Assembly (NCBI GenBank): GCA_036521295.1
Contig: DATDIA010000203.1
Coordinates: 1 to 35,842, forward strand
Length of the DNA: 35,842 nt
Direction of reading: 5' to 3'
DNA from: Candidatus Cybelea sp.
GTDB lineage: Bacteria > Vulcanimicrobiota > Vulcanimicrobiia > Vulcanimicrobiales > Vulcanimicrobiaceae
Positions 17,562 through 25,675 of the stretch are shown here, in pieces. A program made the translations under genes and the position numbers. Numbering within the stretch: position 1 is the stretch's first letter; each line of letters starts with the position of its first letter. The notes below the pieces were generated by a model that searched no databases, was not told the origin of the DNA, and worked only from the letters and a program-made list of their open reading frames with translations.

Positions 17562-17999
17562 ATGCCGTATGTCGAAAGTAGGATTGCGATTGCTGCCCCG
17601 GCCCGCCGCGTCTACGAGCTTGCCAAAGACCAGGAGCGATTTCCCGAGTTCATGCCCGACGTAGAAGCCGTGACCGTTTTAGAACGCAAACCCGAGAGCG
17701 CGATCTCGCGCTGGAAGACGCTCGTCGAAGAGGCGCCGATCGAGTGGACCGAGGAAGATCGTTTCGACGATGCCGCACTGCGAATCGATTACAAACTGCT
17801 CGAAGGCGACCTTGAAAAGTTTGAAGGTGCCTGGACGTTCGAACATCGCGACGGCGTTACGCACGTCGTCCTCGGCGTCGACTACGACTTTGGCGTTCCA
17901 ACGCTGGCCGAGCTGATCGGTCCGACCCTGCAGAAGAAAGTGCGCGAGAATAGCGAGATGATGCTCGCAGCGCTCAAGCGCGAGGCCGAGGGATCGTGA
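17562..17999 (+). CDS. SRPBCC (START / polyketide-cyclase-dehydrase-like) ligand-binding protein
   Basis: 145 aa. Typical N-terminus: VESRIAIAAPARRVYELAKDQERFPEFMPDVEAVTVLE...WKT...IEWTEED. It lies 11 nt after the aminotransferase stop. Confidence 0.7.
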   Translation: MPYVESRIAIAAPARRVYELAKDQERFPEFMPDVEAVTVLERKPESAISRWKTLVEEAPIEWTEEDRFDDAALRIDYKLLEGDLEKFEGAWTFEHRDGVTHVVLGVDYDFGVPTLAELIGPTLQKKVRENSEMMLAALKREAEGS

Positions 18000-19183
18000 A
18001 CAAGTTTTGTTTCGTTATTCACCCGCTCTCTTTTGAAGACATCGCGCGCTACGAGCCCGGTGCGAAGGGGAAAGGCGAGGCGATTCTAGGCAAGATCATG
18101 GAGTGGATGCCGCCATATGCGGCAGTGCACGTCACCGGCGTACGGACGCCCGACGGGCGCGAGACGGAAGGCTGGTTCGTTGCGGCCCCCCTCTTGCCTC
18201 AACAGCTCGTCGAATTTCCACGCGAAGAAGTCTATCGTCGCGTCGTCCGCGCCATCGAGATCGGCGCCGAGCTGGGAGCGCAGGTTGCGGGCTTGGGCGC
18301 TTTTACCGCCGTGGTCGGCGATGCCGGCGTGACCATTAATGCTCGCTCGCCGATTCCCGTGACGACCGGCAACTCATTGACGATTGCGGCCGGGGTTGAG
18401 AGCTTGTTTCGCGGCGCCGGCGAGATGGGAATTGACTGGGCCCGCTCCACGGCGGTCGTGATCGGTGCGACGGGCTCGATCGGAAGCGCCTGCGCGCGAA
18501 TGATTGCGCCGAGGGTGGAACGTCTGGTATTGGTGGCACGCAATGAAACTCGCTTACGAAAGTTCCACGATGAAGTTGCCGGCACGCTGACGTGCGCGAG
18601 CGAGTACACGACCGACATTTCGAGCGCCGTACGTCGCGCGCAGCTGATCCTTACTGCGACGACGTCGACGCAAGACGTCATCGAGCCCGCAGAACTTCGC
18701 ACCGGCGCGGTTGTTTGTGAGCTCTCGCTGCCGCACGACGTCGGCCGGCGTGTCGCGCGCGAACGGCCGGACGTCTTAGTGATTGAAGGCGGAAATATGG
18801 TCGTGCCGGGAAATCCGCGCTTCGAGCGCGTGCGCGAACCCGGCACCCAGTTCGATTTGAATCTTCCTGCGCGGACCGCGCTGGCTTGCATGGCCGAAAC
18901 GATGATTCTCGCTCTCGAGGGGCGCTTCGAGCCATTCACGCTTGGGCGGGGAATCCAGCTCGAAAAAGTCATCGAGATTCAATCGCTGGCTGCTCGCTGC
19001 GGATTTACGCTCGCGGACATGCGCGCCTTCGATGCGGCGATTACTCCGCAGAGAATGGCCGCCACGCGCGAAGCGGCAGCCGCCCGCGTCGCCCTGAGCC
19101 TTTCGTCTTCCGATGGAGTCGATCCGCAGCGGAGTCGAAAGACTGCGGATGACACGCTGCGAACAGGCGTCGTCGAAGGATGA
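17996..19183 (+). CDS. Acyl-ACP-reductase-like NAD(P)-binding oxidoreductase (shikimate-DH-like fold)
   Basis: 395 aa. It is collinear with my memory of cyanobacterial acyl-ACP reductase: an N-terminal (F/L)-x-x-I-x-H-(P/L) motif (FCFVIHPLSFED); LGAFTAVVGDAG; TTGNSLT; a Rossmann motif VVIGATGSIGSACARMI; and ACMAETMILALEGRFEPFTLGRG. The GTGA start overlaps the SRPBCC stop. Confidence 0.6.
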   Translation: MNKFCFVIHPLSFEDIARYEPGAKGKGEAILGKIMEWMPPYAAVHVTGVRTPDGRETEGWFVAAPLLPQQLVEFPREEVYRRVVRAIEIGAELGAQVAGLGAFTAVVGDAGVTINARSPIPVTTGNSLTIAAGVESLFRGAGEMGIDWARSTAVVIGATGSIGSACARMIAPRVERLVLVARNETRLRKFHDEVAGTLTCASEYTTDISSAVRRAQLILTATTSTQDVIEPAELRTGAVVCELSLPHDVGRRVARERPDVLVIEGGNMVVPGNPRFERVREPGTQFDLNLPARTALACMAETMILALEGRFEPFTLGRGIQLEKVIEIQSLAARCGFTLADMRAFDAAITPQRMAATREAAAARVALSLSSSDGVDPQRSRKTADDTLRTGVVEG

Positions 19184-20082
19184 AGCGGGTTGTTTCCGTC
19201 TCGCTGGGCTCGAGTAGCCGCGACCACCGCGCGCGAGTGACGTTCATGGGCGAAGAGTTCGATATCTCGCGCGTCGGAACGGACGGCAAGCTCGGTGCCG
19301 CGATTGAGTCGGTGCGCGCGCTCGACGGCCACGTCGATGCAATTGGTTTGGGCGGCATCGACGTTTATCTGTACGCGGGCAGTCATCGCTATGCGCTGCG
19401 CGATGGCTTGCGTTTGCTCGAAGCCGCTACGCTCACACCGGTCGTCGACGGCAGCGGCTTGAAGAACACTCTCGAGCGTAAAGCCGTCCGATTCATGCAG
19501 GAGGAGCTTTCGATCGATTTACGCGGCCGGCGCGTTCTGATGGTAAGCGCCTTGGATCGGTTCGGCATGGCACAGGCGCTCGTCGATGCGGGCGCGGACG
19601 TGCTCTTCGGCGATTTCATCTTTGCGCTCGACAAGGACATGCCGGTTCGCGACCTCCATGAGTTCGAACGGATGGCCGAAAAATATCTTCCCGATGCGTG
19701 CAAGCTGCCGTTTCAATTCTTTTATCCGACCGGAAAGAAACAAGAGAAGCCCCCCGATCCCAAGTATCCGCAGTACTACGAGCAGGCCGAAATTATCGCC
19801 GGCGATTTTCACTTCATGCGGCAATTCATGCCGGAGCGCCTCGACGGCAAGATCGTCTTGACGAACACGGTAACTCAGGCGAATGTCGAAGAGCTCTCGG
19901 CGCGCGGCGTAAAGACGTTGATCACGACGACGCCCGATCTGGCCGGACGCTCGTTCGGAACGAACGTCCTCGAAGCCGCGCTCCTGGCGCTGCTCGGCAA
20001 GGCGTGGAGCGAAGTCGTGCCCGCCGATTACGAGCGCCTGTTGCGAGAGCTTCAACTCAAACCGCGCGTGGTCTCGCTCTGA
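19180..20082 (+). CDS. Conserved protein of the family usually annotated 'quinate 5-dehydrogenase' (function unproven)
   Basis: 300 aa. The N-terminus MKRVVSVSLGSSSRDHRARVTFMGEEFDISRVGTDGKLGAAIESVRALDGHVDAIGLGGIDVYLYAG matches my memory of that family. The ATGA start overlaps the preceding gene. Confidence 0.55.
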   Translation: MKRVVSVSLGSSSRDHRARVTFMGEEFDISRVGTDGKLGAAIESVRALDGHVDAIGLGGIDVYLYAGSHRYALRDGLRLLEAATLTPVVDGSGLKNTLERKAVRFMQEELSIDLRGRRVLMVSALDRFGMAQALVDAGADVLFGDFIFALDKDMPVRDLHEFERMAEKYLPDACKLPFQFFYPTGKKQEKPPDPKYPQYYEQAEIIAGDFHFMRQFMPERLDGKIVLTNTVTQANVEELSARGVKTLITTTPDLAGRSFGTNVLEAALLALLGKAWSEVVPADYERLLRELQLKPRVVSL

Positions 20083-20252
20083 CCGAGGGAATTCGAAGCG
20101 GTTGGACGCCGAAGAGCCTGGGTATACCCTTCGACCGCGGCGGCGACGAGAAGGCCTCGGAGCGGCTCTCTGCGAACAGACCGCGACCAGCGTCGGAGAA
20201 CGCCATCGAGTGCTGGGGCTCTCGCCATGAGCGCCCCGTGAGGGTCTAGTAG

Positions 20253-20762
20253 TTGAACGACAAAGAGATCGTACTAACCGCGGAAGGTTTAGCCAAGTTG
20301 GAGCAAGAGCTCGACGAGCTCAAGAGCGTCCACCGGCGCGAGGTCAACGATCGAATTCGCCAAGCCAAAGAGTACGGCGACTTGAGCGAAAACGCAGAGT
20401 ACGAAGATGCCAAGCAGGAACAAGCTTTCATCGAAGGACGCATCCTTAAACTGGAGGCGATGATCCGCAACGCGCGCATCATCGACGAATCGGAATATGC
20501 GGCGGACGAGGTCCACCTCGGGGCGGTCGTCAAGGTGAAAGACCTCAAGAACAACGACTCGTACGAGTTCTCGATCGTCGGATCCGCGGAAGCCGACCCG
20601 CCGAATCGTCGCATCTCGAACGAATCTCCGTTGGGTAGCGCCCTCATGGGACACAAGAAAGGGACGACGGTCGACGTCGCCACGCCGCGGGGCGTCGTAA
20701 AGTATAAGATCGAATCGATCAAGAGCAGCGCGCCGAAGAAGGCTGCAAAGAAGGCTTCGTAA
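20253..20762 (+). CDS. greA: Transcription elongation factor GreA
   Basis: 169 aa with a TTG start. LTAEGLAKLEQELDELK...REVNDRIRQAKEYGDLSENAEYEDAKQEQAFIEGRILKLE is present. A short Lys/Ala-rich C-terminal tail (SSAPKKAAKKAS) follows. Confidence 0.93.
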   Translation: MNDKEIVLTAEGLAKLEQELDELKSVHRREVNDRIRQAKEYGDLSENAEYEDAKQEQAFIEGRILKLEAMIRNARIIDESEYAADEVHLGAVVKVKDLKNNDSYEFSIVGSAEADPPNRRISNESPLGSALMGHKKGTTVDVATPRGVVKYKIESIKSSAPKKAAKKAS

Positions 20763-20765
20763 CTA

Positions 20766-22262
20766 TTGGACGAACTCGGAAAAACCGAAGCGGCGCTCGT
20801 GGCGGCCAGACGTGAGAATCTGGCCGCTTTGCGTTCGCGGGGGAACGATCCGTTTGCGGCGCGGCGCTTTGACGTACAGGCTACGACCGCCGAACTGCTC
20901 GAGCGTTACGGGTTTCTCGTTCCAGGCCAAGACGCAAGCGCCGAAGGCTGGAGCATCGCCGGCCGCATGCTTTCGAAACGAACGATGGGCAAGACGAGCT
21001 TTGCCGACCTTGCCGACCGCAGCGGCAAGCTGCAAATTTACTTGCGCAAGGAAGAAGTAGGAGAGCGCGCCTTCAGCGACTGGAGCGATCTCGACCGTGG
21101 CGATCTTCTCGGCGTGCGCGGCTACATGTTTCGCTCGAAGCTGGGCGAGCTGACGCTTCACGTCACGTCCTTTTCCGCGCTCGGTAAGGCGCTGATGCCG
21201 TTGCCGGACAAATGGCATGGGCTGCAGGACGTCGAGAAGCGCTATCGCCAGCGCTACGTTGATATGATCGTCAATCCCGACGTGCGCGATACCATGATCA
21301 TGCGCAGCCGCCTCATCTCCGAGATGCGCCGATTCATCGACGGCCGCGGTTTTTATGAGGTCGAAACCCCGACGCTGCTGCACGTCGCGGGTGGCGCGGC
21401 GGCGCGGCCGTTCGTCACGCATTGCAACGCGCTCGACCAGGCGATGCAACTGCGTATCGCGACCGAACTGAACTTGAAGCGCCTGATCGTCGCCGGCCTC
21501 GAGCGCGTCTACGAAATCGGGCGAATCTTCCGCAACGAGGGCATCGACACGACGCATGCTCCGGAGTTCACGATGCTCGAGCTGTATGCGGCCTATTGGG
21601 ACGTCTCGGACATGATGCAGTTCAACGAAGATTTGATCGTGCATCTCGTCTCAGTCGCAACCGACGGCGGAACGGACCTGAAGGTCGGCGATCGCAGCGT
21701 CTCGTTCGAGCGCCCCTTCGAGCGTTTGGAGTACCTCGACGCGATGGCGCGCTACAGCGGCGGGAAATACACGCGGGAGCGTTTGCTCGATCCGCGCGGC
21801 GCACAGGAAATTCTGCAAGAACTCGGCGTGCCGTCATCCCCGTCGCACGGACACGCGCTCGACAAGATCTTCGAGCGCGTTCTCGAGCCGCATCTGATCG
21901 CGCCGACGTTCGTCACGGGTTATCCAGTCGTCATTTCGCCTCTCGCGAAGCGGCGAGCCGGCGACCCGGCCTTGGCCGATCGTTACGAGCTCTTCTGCGC
22001 CGGCATGGAAATATCCAATGCCTTTACGGAGCTCAACGATCCCGACGACCAGCGCGAGCGTTTTGCGGCGCAGGTCGCCGAACGAGCGGGCGGAAATGAA
22101 GAGATTCCCGAACCCGATTGGGATTTTGTGCGCGCGCTCGAATACGGTATGCCGCCGACGGCCGGAATCGGCATCGGCCTCGACCGCCTCATTATGCTCT
22201 TAACGGGACAGCGGTCCATCCGCGACGTGATGCTCTTTCCGCTGCAGCGCCAGCACGGTTGA
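20766..22262 (+). CDS. lysS: Lysine--tRNA ligase, class II
   Basis: 498 aa with a TTG start 3 nt after the greA stop. Class II motifs are present: IFRNEGID..HAPEFTMLE, ELFCAGMEISNAFTELNDP and PPTAGIGIGLDRLIMLLTG. Confidence 0.94.
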   Translation: MDELGKTEAALVAARRENLAALRSRGNDPFAARRFDVQATTAELLERYGFLVPGQDASAEGWSIAGRMLSKRTMGKTSFADLADRSGKLQIYLRKEEVGERAFSDWSDLDRGDLLGVRGYMFRSKLGELTLHVTSFSALGKALMPLPDKWHGLQDVEKRYRQRYVDMIVNPDVRDTMIMRSRLISEMRRFIDGRGFYEVETPTLLHVAGGAAARPFVTHCNALDQAMQLRIATELNLKRLIVAGLERVYEIGRIFRNEGIDTTHAPEFTMLELYAAYWDVSDMMQFNEDLIVHLVSVATDGGTDLKVGDRSVSFERPFERLEYLDAMARYSGGKYTRERLLDPRGAQEILQELGVPSSPSHGHALDKIFERVLEPHLIAPTFVTGYPVVISPLAKRRAGDPALADRYELFCAGMEISNAFTELNDPDDQRERFAAQVAERAGGNEEIPEPDWDFVRALEYGMPPTAGIGIGLDRLIMLLTGQRSIRDVMLFPLQRQHG

Positions 22263-22930
22263 TGCCGCGCCACATTCTTGCACTCCTCATCGTTCTCATT
22301 GCGGTGCTCGCGCCGTCCGGTGCCGGCGCCGACCAGCGGTTTTACTATCTCAATCCAAATCAGCTCGATCTCACGATATTGCTCCCGCCGCCGCCGGATG
22401 CGGCTTCCGCGCAAGAGCGTTCCGACGAGCAACAGGTCGCAGCTGCCGTCGCCGCGCGCAGCCAAGCGCAGCTCTTTGAGGCGCAAGAAGAATCGACGCG
22501 CAGCGTCTTTTTCTTTGCTCCCTCCATCGGCTCCGGTTTTGAACCCGCGCGGCTTCCGGTGACGGCGCGCTTCTTTTCCCGGGTGCAATCGGACATTTCA
22601 AATCTCATCCATCGGGCGAAGGCGTACTGGGACCGTCCGCGCCCAAACGGCGTGCAAAAGGGCAGAGGCTCTTACCCAAGCGGCCACGCTGCATTCGCCG
22701 CTTCCAGCGCGATTCTGCTATCGCAGCTCATTCCGTCGAAGCGCGACCCCATCTTCGTGCAGGCGCGCGTCTTCGCCGAAAATCGAATTCTCCTGGGACT
22801 CCACTATCCCAGCGATGTCGCCTCCGGCTGGACTGCGGGGACCCTGGCCGTCTACGTCATGATGCGCGACCGCGAGTTCCAGCGCGACTTTGCCGCCGCG
22901 AAGGCGGAGATACGCCGAGCGAATTTCTGA
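22262..22930 (+). CDS. Secreted PAP2-family (class A acid) phosphatase
   Basis: 222 aa from the ATG at 22262, which overlaps the lysS stop (TGATG). Signal peptide: MPRHILALLIVLIAVLAPSGAGA. PAP2 motifs: YWDRPRP, YPSGHAAFA, NRILLGLHYPSDV. Confidence 0.8.
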   Translation: MPRHILALLIVLIAVLAPSGAGADQRFYYLNPNQLDLTILLPPPPDAASAQERSDEQQVAAAVAARSQAQLFEAQEESTRSVFFFAPSIGSGFEPARLPVTARFFSRVQSDISNLIHRAKAYWDRPRPNGVQKGRGSYPSGHAAFAASSAILLSQLIPSKRDPIFVQARVFAENRILLGLHYPSDVASGWTAGTLAVYVMMRDREFQRDFAAAKAEIRRANF

Positions 22931-22941
22931 CGAAGCTTCGC

Positions 22942-23709
22942 TTGACCGTTGCGTACGACGGTACGGATTTCCGCGGCTTTCAATGGCAGCCGGCGGGACG
23001 AACCGTCGCGGGCGTGTTGGAGGCCGCGCTTGCGCAGCTCTTTGGCGAATCCACCCGCGTCACCGGCGCCGGACGAACCGATCGCGGCGTACATGCGACC
23101 GGGCAAGTCATCTCATTTTCGACGCAGAAGGCTTTTCCGTTCGAACGGCTCACCGTCGCGCTCAACGCCGTCTTGCCGCCGGATTGCTCGATTCGCGAGA
23201 GTGCGCTGGTCGGAGGCGATTTCTCCGCCCGCTTCTCGGCGCGAGAGCGAACCTATACGTATGTGATCCTCAACCAGCCGCAACGCGACGCGCTGCTGGC
23301 GCGATATGCCTATCGCGTTACCCGCTCGCTCGACATCCCCGCGATGCGTGCCGCCGCCGCCCACCTCGTCGGCGAGCACGACTTTCGTTCGTTTGTACGG
23401 GTATTGCCGGAGGGCGCCACGACCAGGCGCGTCGCGCGGCTCGAGGTCGACCGGCGCGACGCGCTCGCTCGGATCTCGATTACGGCAGATAGTTTCCTCC
23501 ACCGCATGGTCCGCACGATCGTAGGCACCCTGATCGAGTCCGGAAGCGGTCGGCGGGATCCCTCCGCGATGCCGGCAATCTTGGCGGCCCGCGATCGCTC
23601 AGCGGCGGGCGATACGGCCCCGCCTCACGGACTCTACTTGGCGGGCGTGCGGTATGCCGACGGCTACGACTCGCTCGCCGAGCCGCCGGTCCTGCAAGGC
23701 TGGACTTGA
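22942..23709 (+). CDS. truA: tRNA pseudouridine(38-40) synthase
   Basis: 255 aa. VAYDGTDFRGFQWQ and the catalytic GAGRTDRGVHATGQV are present. TTG start at 22942. The in-frame upstream residues TKLRL suggest a possible non-canonical earlier start. Confidence 0.9.
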   Translation: MTVAYDGTDFRGFQWQPAGRTVAGVLEAALAQLFGESTRVTGAGRTDRGVHATGQVISFSTQKAFPFERLTVALNAVLPPDCSIRESALVGGDFSARFSARERTYTYVILNQPQRDALLARYAYRVTRSLDIPAMRAAAAHLVGEHDFRSFVRVLPEGATTRRVARLEVDRRDALARISITADSFLHRMVRTIVGTLIESGSGRRDPSAMPAILAARDRSAAGDTAPPHGLYLAGVRYADGYDSLAEPPVLQGWT

Positions 23710-23717
23710 GCCAATCC

Positions 23718-23746
23718 TTGACGCGGACCAGGCTTTCCCGTAGGAT
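23718..23746 (+). promoter_or_regulatory. Candidate sigma-70-type promoter upstream of rplM-rpsI
   Basis: TTGACG (23718-23723), an exact 17-nt spacer, then TAGGAT (23741-23746). The predicted TSS would be only a few nt before the rplM start codon. Confidence 0.4.
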
Positions 23747-23755
23747 ACCTTGGTT

Positions 23756-24190
23756 GTGCGCACCTATCAGCAAACGACGGCACAGACGGATCACCGTTGG
23801 TACCTCGTTGATGCGTCCGGCGAGCGTCTTGGCACGCTCGCGGTGCGCGTTGCGCGCGCGCTTTCGGGCAAGCACAAGCCGACCTGGACGCCCCATATCG
23901 ACGACGGTGATCACGTGATTGTGGTAAATGCCGAAAAGATCGAGCTCGGCGGAAAGAAGTGGACGCAAAAGCTCTACTATCGTCATAGCAACTATCCCGG
24001 CGGCCTGAAGGTGCAAACCGCCAAGGAAATTGCCGAGAAACACCCGGAGCGATTGATAGAGAGAGCCGTACGTGGAATGCTTCCGACCAACCGAATGCGC
24101 GACGTGCAGCTTCGCCGCTTGAGCGTCTATTCCGGGCCAAGTCATCCGCACGAGGCGCAGAAACCCGCGCCGCTCTCATCGCTGCGATAG
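23756..24190 (+). CDS. rplM: 50S ribosomal protein L13
   Basis: MRTYQQT...DHRWYLVDASGERLGTLAVRVARALSGKHKPTWTPH.D.GDHVIVVNAEKI...YYRHSNYPGGLK. I prefer the GTG at 23756. The track start (TTG 23750) adds two residues. Confidence 0.93.
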   Translation: MRTYQQTTAQTDHRWYLVDASGERLGTLAVRVARALSGKHKPTWTPHIDDGDHVIVVNAEKIELGGKKWTQKLYYRHSNYPGGLKVQTAKEIAEKHPERLIERAVRGMLPTNRMRDVQLRRLSVYSGPSHPHEAQKPAPLSSLR

Positions 24191-24199
24191 GGCCGGTCT

Positions 24200-24598
24200 T
24201 TGAACGAGACGAGCGACGTCATTCAATCGACTGGCCGCAGAAAGCGTGCGGTAGCGAGGGTGAAACTTTCGCTCGGTCAGGGCATTATCACGGTAAACGG
24301 TAAACCCGTCGACGAGTATTTTCCGCGTCCTCAACTGCTTCAAATCGTGCGTCAGCCGCTCGAAGCGACGCAGAGCGTCTCACGCTTCGACGTCCGCGTT
24401 AAAGCGGAAGGCGGAGGGATCACCGGTCAAGCCGGTGCGATTCGTCACGGAATCGCGCGCGCGCTGCTGGCGATCGATGAATCGTTCAAAGAGACGCTGC
24501 GTAAGAACGGCTTCCTCACCCGCGACCCGCGCGAAAAGGAATCGAAGAAGTACGGCCGCAAGCGGGCCCGCAAGCGGTTCCAGTACAGCAAACGCTAA
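24200..24598 (+). CDS. rpsI: 30S ribosomal protein S9
   Basis: 132 aa with a TTG start. STGRRKRAVARVKL..G.G.ITVNG and GGGITGQAGAIRHGIARAL are present. C-terminus: RKRARKRFQYSKR. Confidence 0.94.
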   Translation: MNETSDVIQSTGRRKRAVARVKLSLGQGIITVNGKPVDEYFPRPQLLQIVRQPLEATQSVSRFDVRVKAEGGGITGQAGAIRHGIARALLAIDESFKETLRKNGFLTRDPREKESKKYGRKRARKRFQYSKR

Positions 24599-24648
24599 AG
24601 ACACTCCTCAAGCTTACTGCGATTGCGCTGGGAGCGATCGCGTTACTC

Positions 24649-25632
24649 GTGCAGCCACGCGCGGCGTGGATCGAACGTTCTTACGCCAACGGCGCGTATC
24701 CGCATTGGGAGCGCGTTGCATTTGTCGTCACTCATCCGCTCCCGTGGTCCTTAGGCGATGTAGCCGCGTTGGCGGGCGTGGCCACGATCGCTTGGCAAAT
24801 CGTCCTTTTTGTACGCCGCCGAAAGCGTCGGGCCGCGCATCTGGCGGCGCTGTTCCTAAACTGCGCTGCGATCGCGGGAGCCTACGCGTTGTGGTTCGAG
24901 CTGAGCTGGGGCTGGAACTATGCGCGCGCGCCGCTCGAAACGCGCGTCGCGTTCGATGCCTCGCGGGTGACACCGCTGCACGCTGCGGCACTGCGCCGGC
25001 GCGCGATGGCAGAGATGAACGCGCTTGCGGCAGCGGCGCACGCTCGCGCCGCCAGTCCGCTCGATCTGACCGCACTGCAAGCGGCGTGGTTGCCTACGGT
25101 GCGGCGCGCCGGCGACGATTGGGCGCCACTCGTCGGGGCAGCGAAGCCCACCGTGGCCGATCCGTTCATGCTCGCGACGGGAACGAGCGGATTCATCAAT
25201 CCGCTCACGCTGAATGTCGCACTTGCGTCGGATCTGCTCTGGTTCGAGCGGCCGTTCGACTTGGCGCACGAGTGGAGTCATGACGCGGCCTACGCGCGCG
25301 AAGACGAAGCGAACTATCTCGCGATTCTGACGTGTCTGCGCTCACCCGACCCGGCGGTGCTTTACTCGGGGTGGTTCGAGCTTTTCCTTTACTTGCCGCA
25401 GAGAAGATATGCGCGTCGCGAATTCGGTTCGCTCGTCTGGCAAGATTTCGCGGCCATGCGCAAACGCAACGCGCGCCACATCAACGTGATGCTGGCGCAC
25501 TGGTCGTGGCGTACGTACAACGTTTACTTGAAGAGCAATCGGATCGCGTCTGGGATTGCGAATTACGACGAGGTGACGCGGTTGATGCTCGGCGTGCCGC
25601 TCGACTCACAGGCTCTTCCCGTCAGACGATAA
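24649..25632 (+). CDS. DUF3810-like membrane-associated putative zinc metallopeptidase
   Basis: 327 aa. It has a hydrophobic N-terminal region and the HExxH-like AHEWSHDAAYAREDEANYLAIL, as I recall for DUF3810. The reading frame is open and hydrophobic (KTLLKLTAIALGAIALL) for 17 codons upstream of the GTG, with no canonical start there. Confidence 0.55.
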   Translation: MQPRAAWIERSYANGAYPHWERVAFVVTHPLPWSLGDVAALAGVATIAWQIVLFVRRRKRRAAHLAALFLNCAAIAGAYALWFELSWGWNYARAPLETRVAFDASRVTPLHAAALRRRAMAEMNALAAAAHARAASPLDLTALQAAWLPTVRRAGDDWAPLVGAAKPTVADPFMLATGTSGFINPLTLNVALASDLLWFERPFDLAHEWSHDAAYAREDEANYLAILTCLRSPDPAVLYSGWFELFLYLPQRRYARREFGSLVWQDFAAMRKRNARHINVMLAHWSWRTYNVYLKSNRIASGIANYDEVTRLMLGVPLDSQALPVRR

Positions 25633-25637
25633 ACGAA

Positions 25638-25661
25638 CGGGGACCCGAAATCGGGTCCCCG
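25638..25661. terminator. Bidirectional intrinsic terminator between convergent genes
   Basis: A perfect 10-bp stem (CGGGGACCCG 25638-25647 / CGGGTCCCCG 25652-25661) has a 4-nt loop. It lies 5 nt after the + strand stop and 14 nt after the - strand stop. Confidence 0.75.
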
Positions 25662-25675
25662 CTTCCGAGGTACCG

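Noticed and set aside
20083-20252. The 170-nt greA leader considered as a structured regulatory RNA.
   Set aside because: Only short imperfect hairpins are present, such as GGGGCTCTC...GAGCGCCCC with a mismatch. I recognise no conserved element. The evidence from sequence alone is insufficient.
24435-25283. A 282-aa Arg-rich + strand ORF overlapping rpsI and the DUF3810-like gene.
   Set aside because: It is an alternative frame of two better-supported genes. It has very high Arg/Ala/Gly/Ser content and no motifs.
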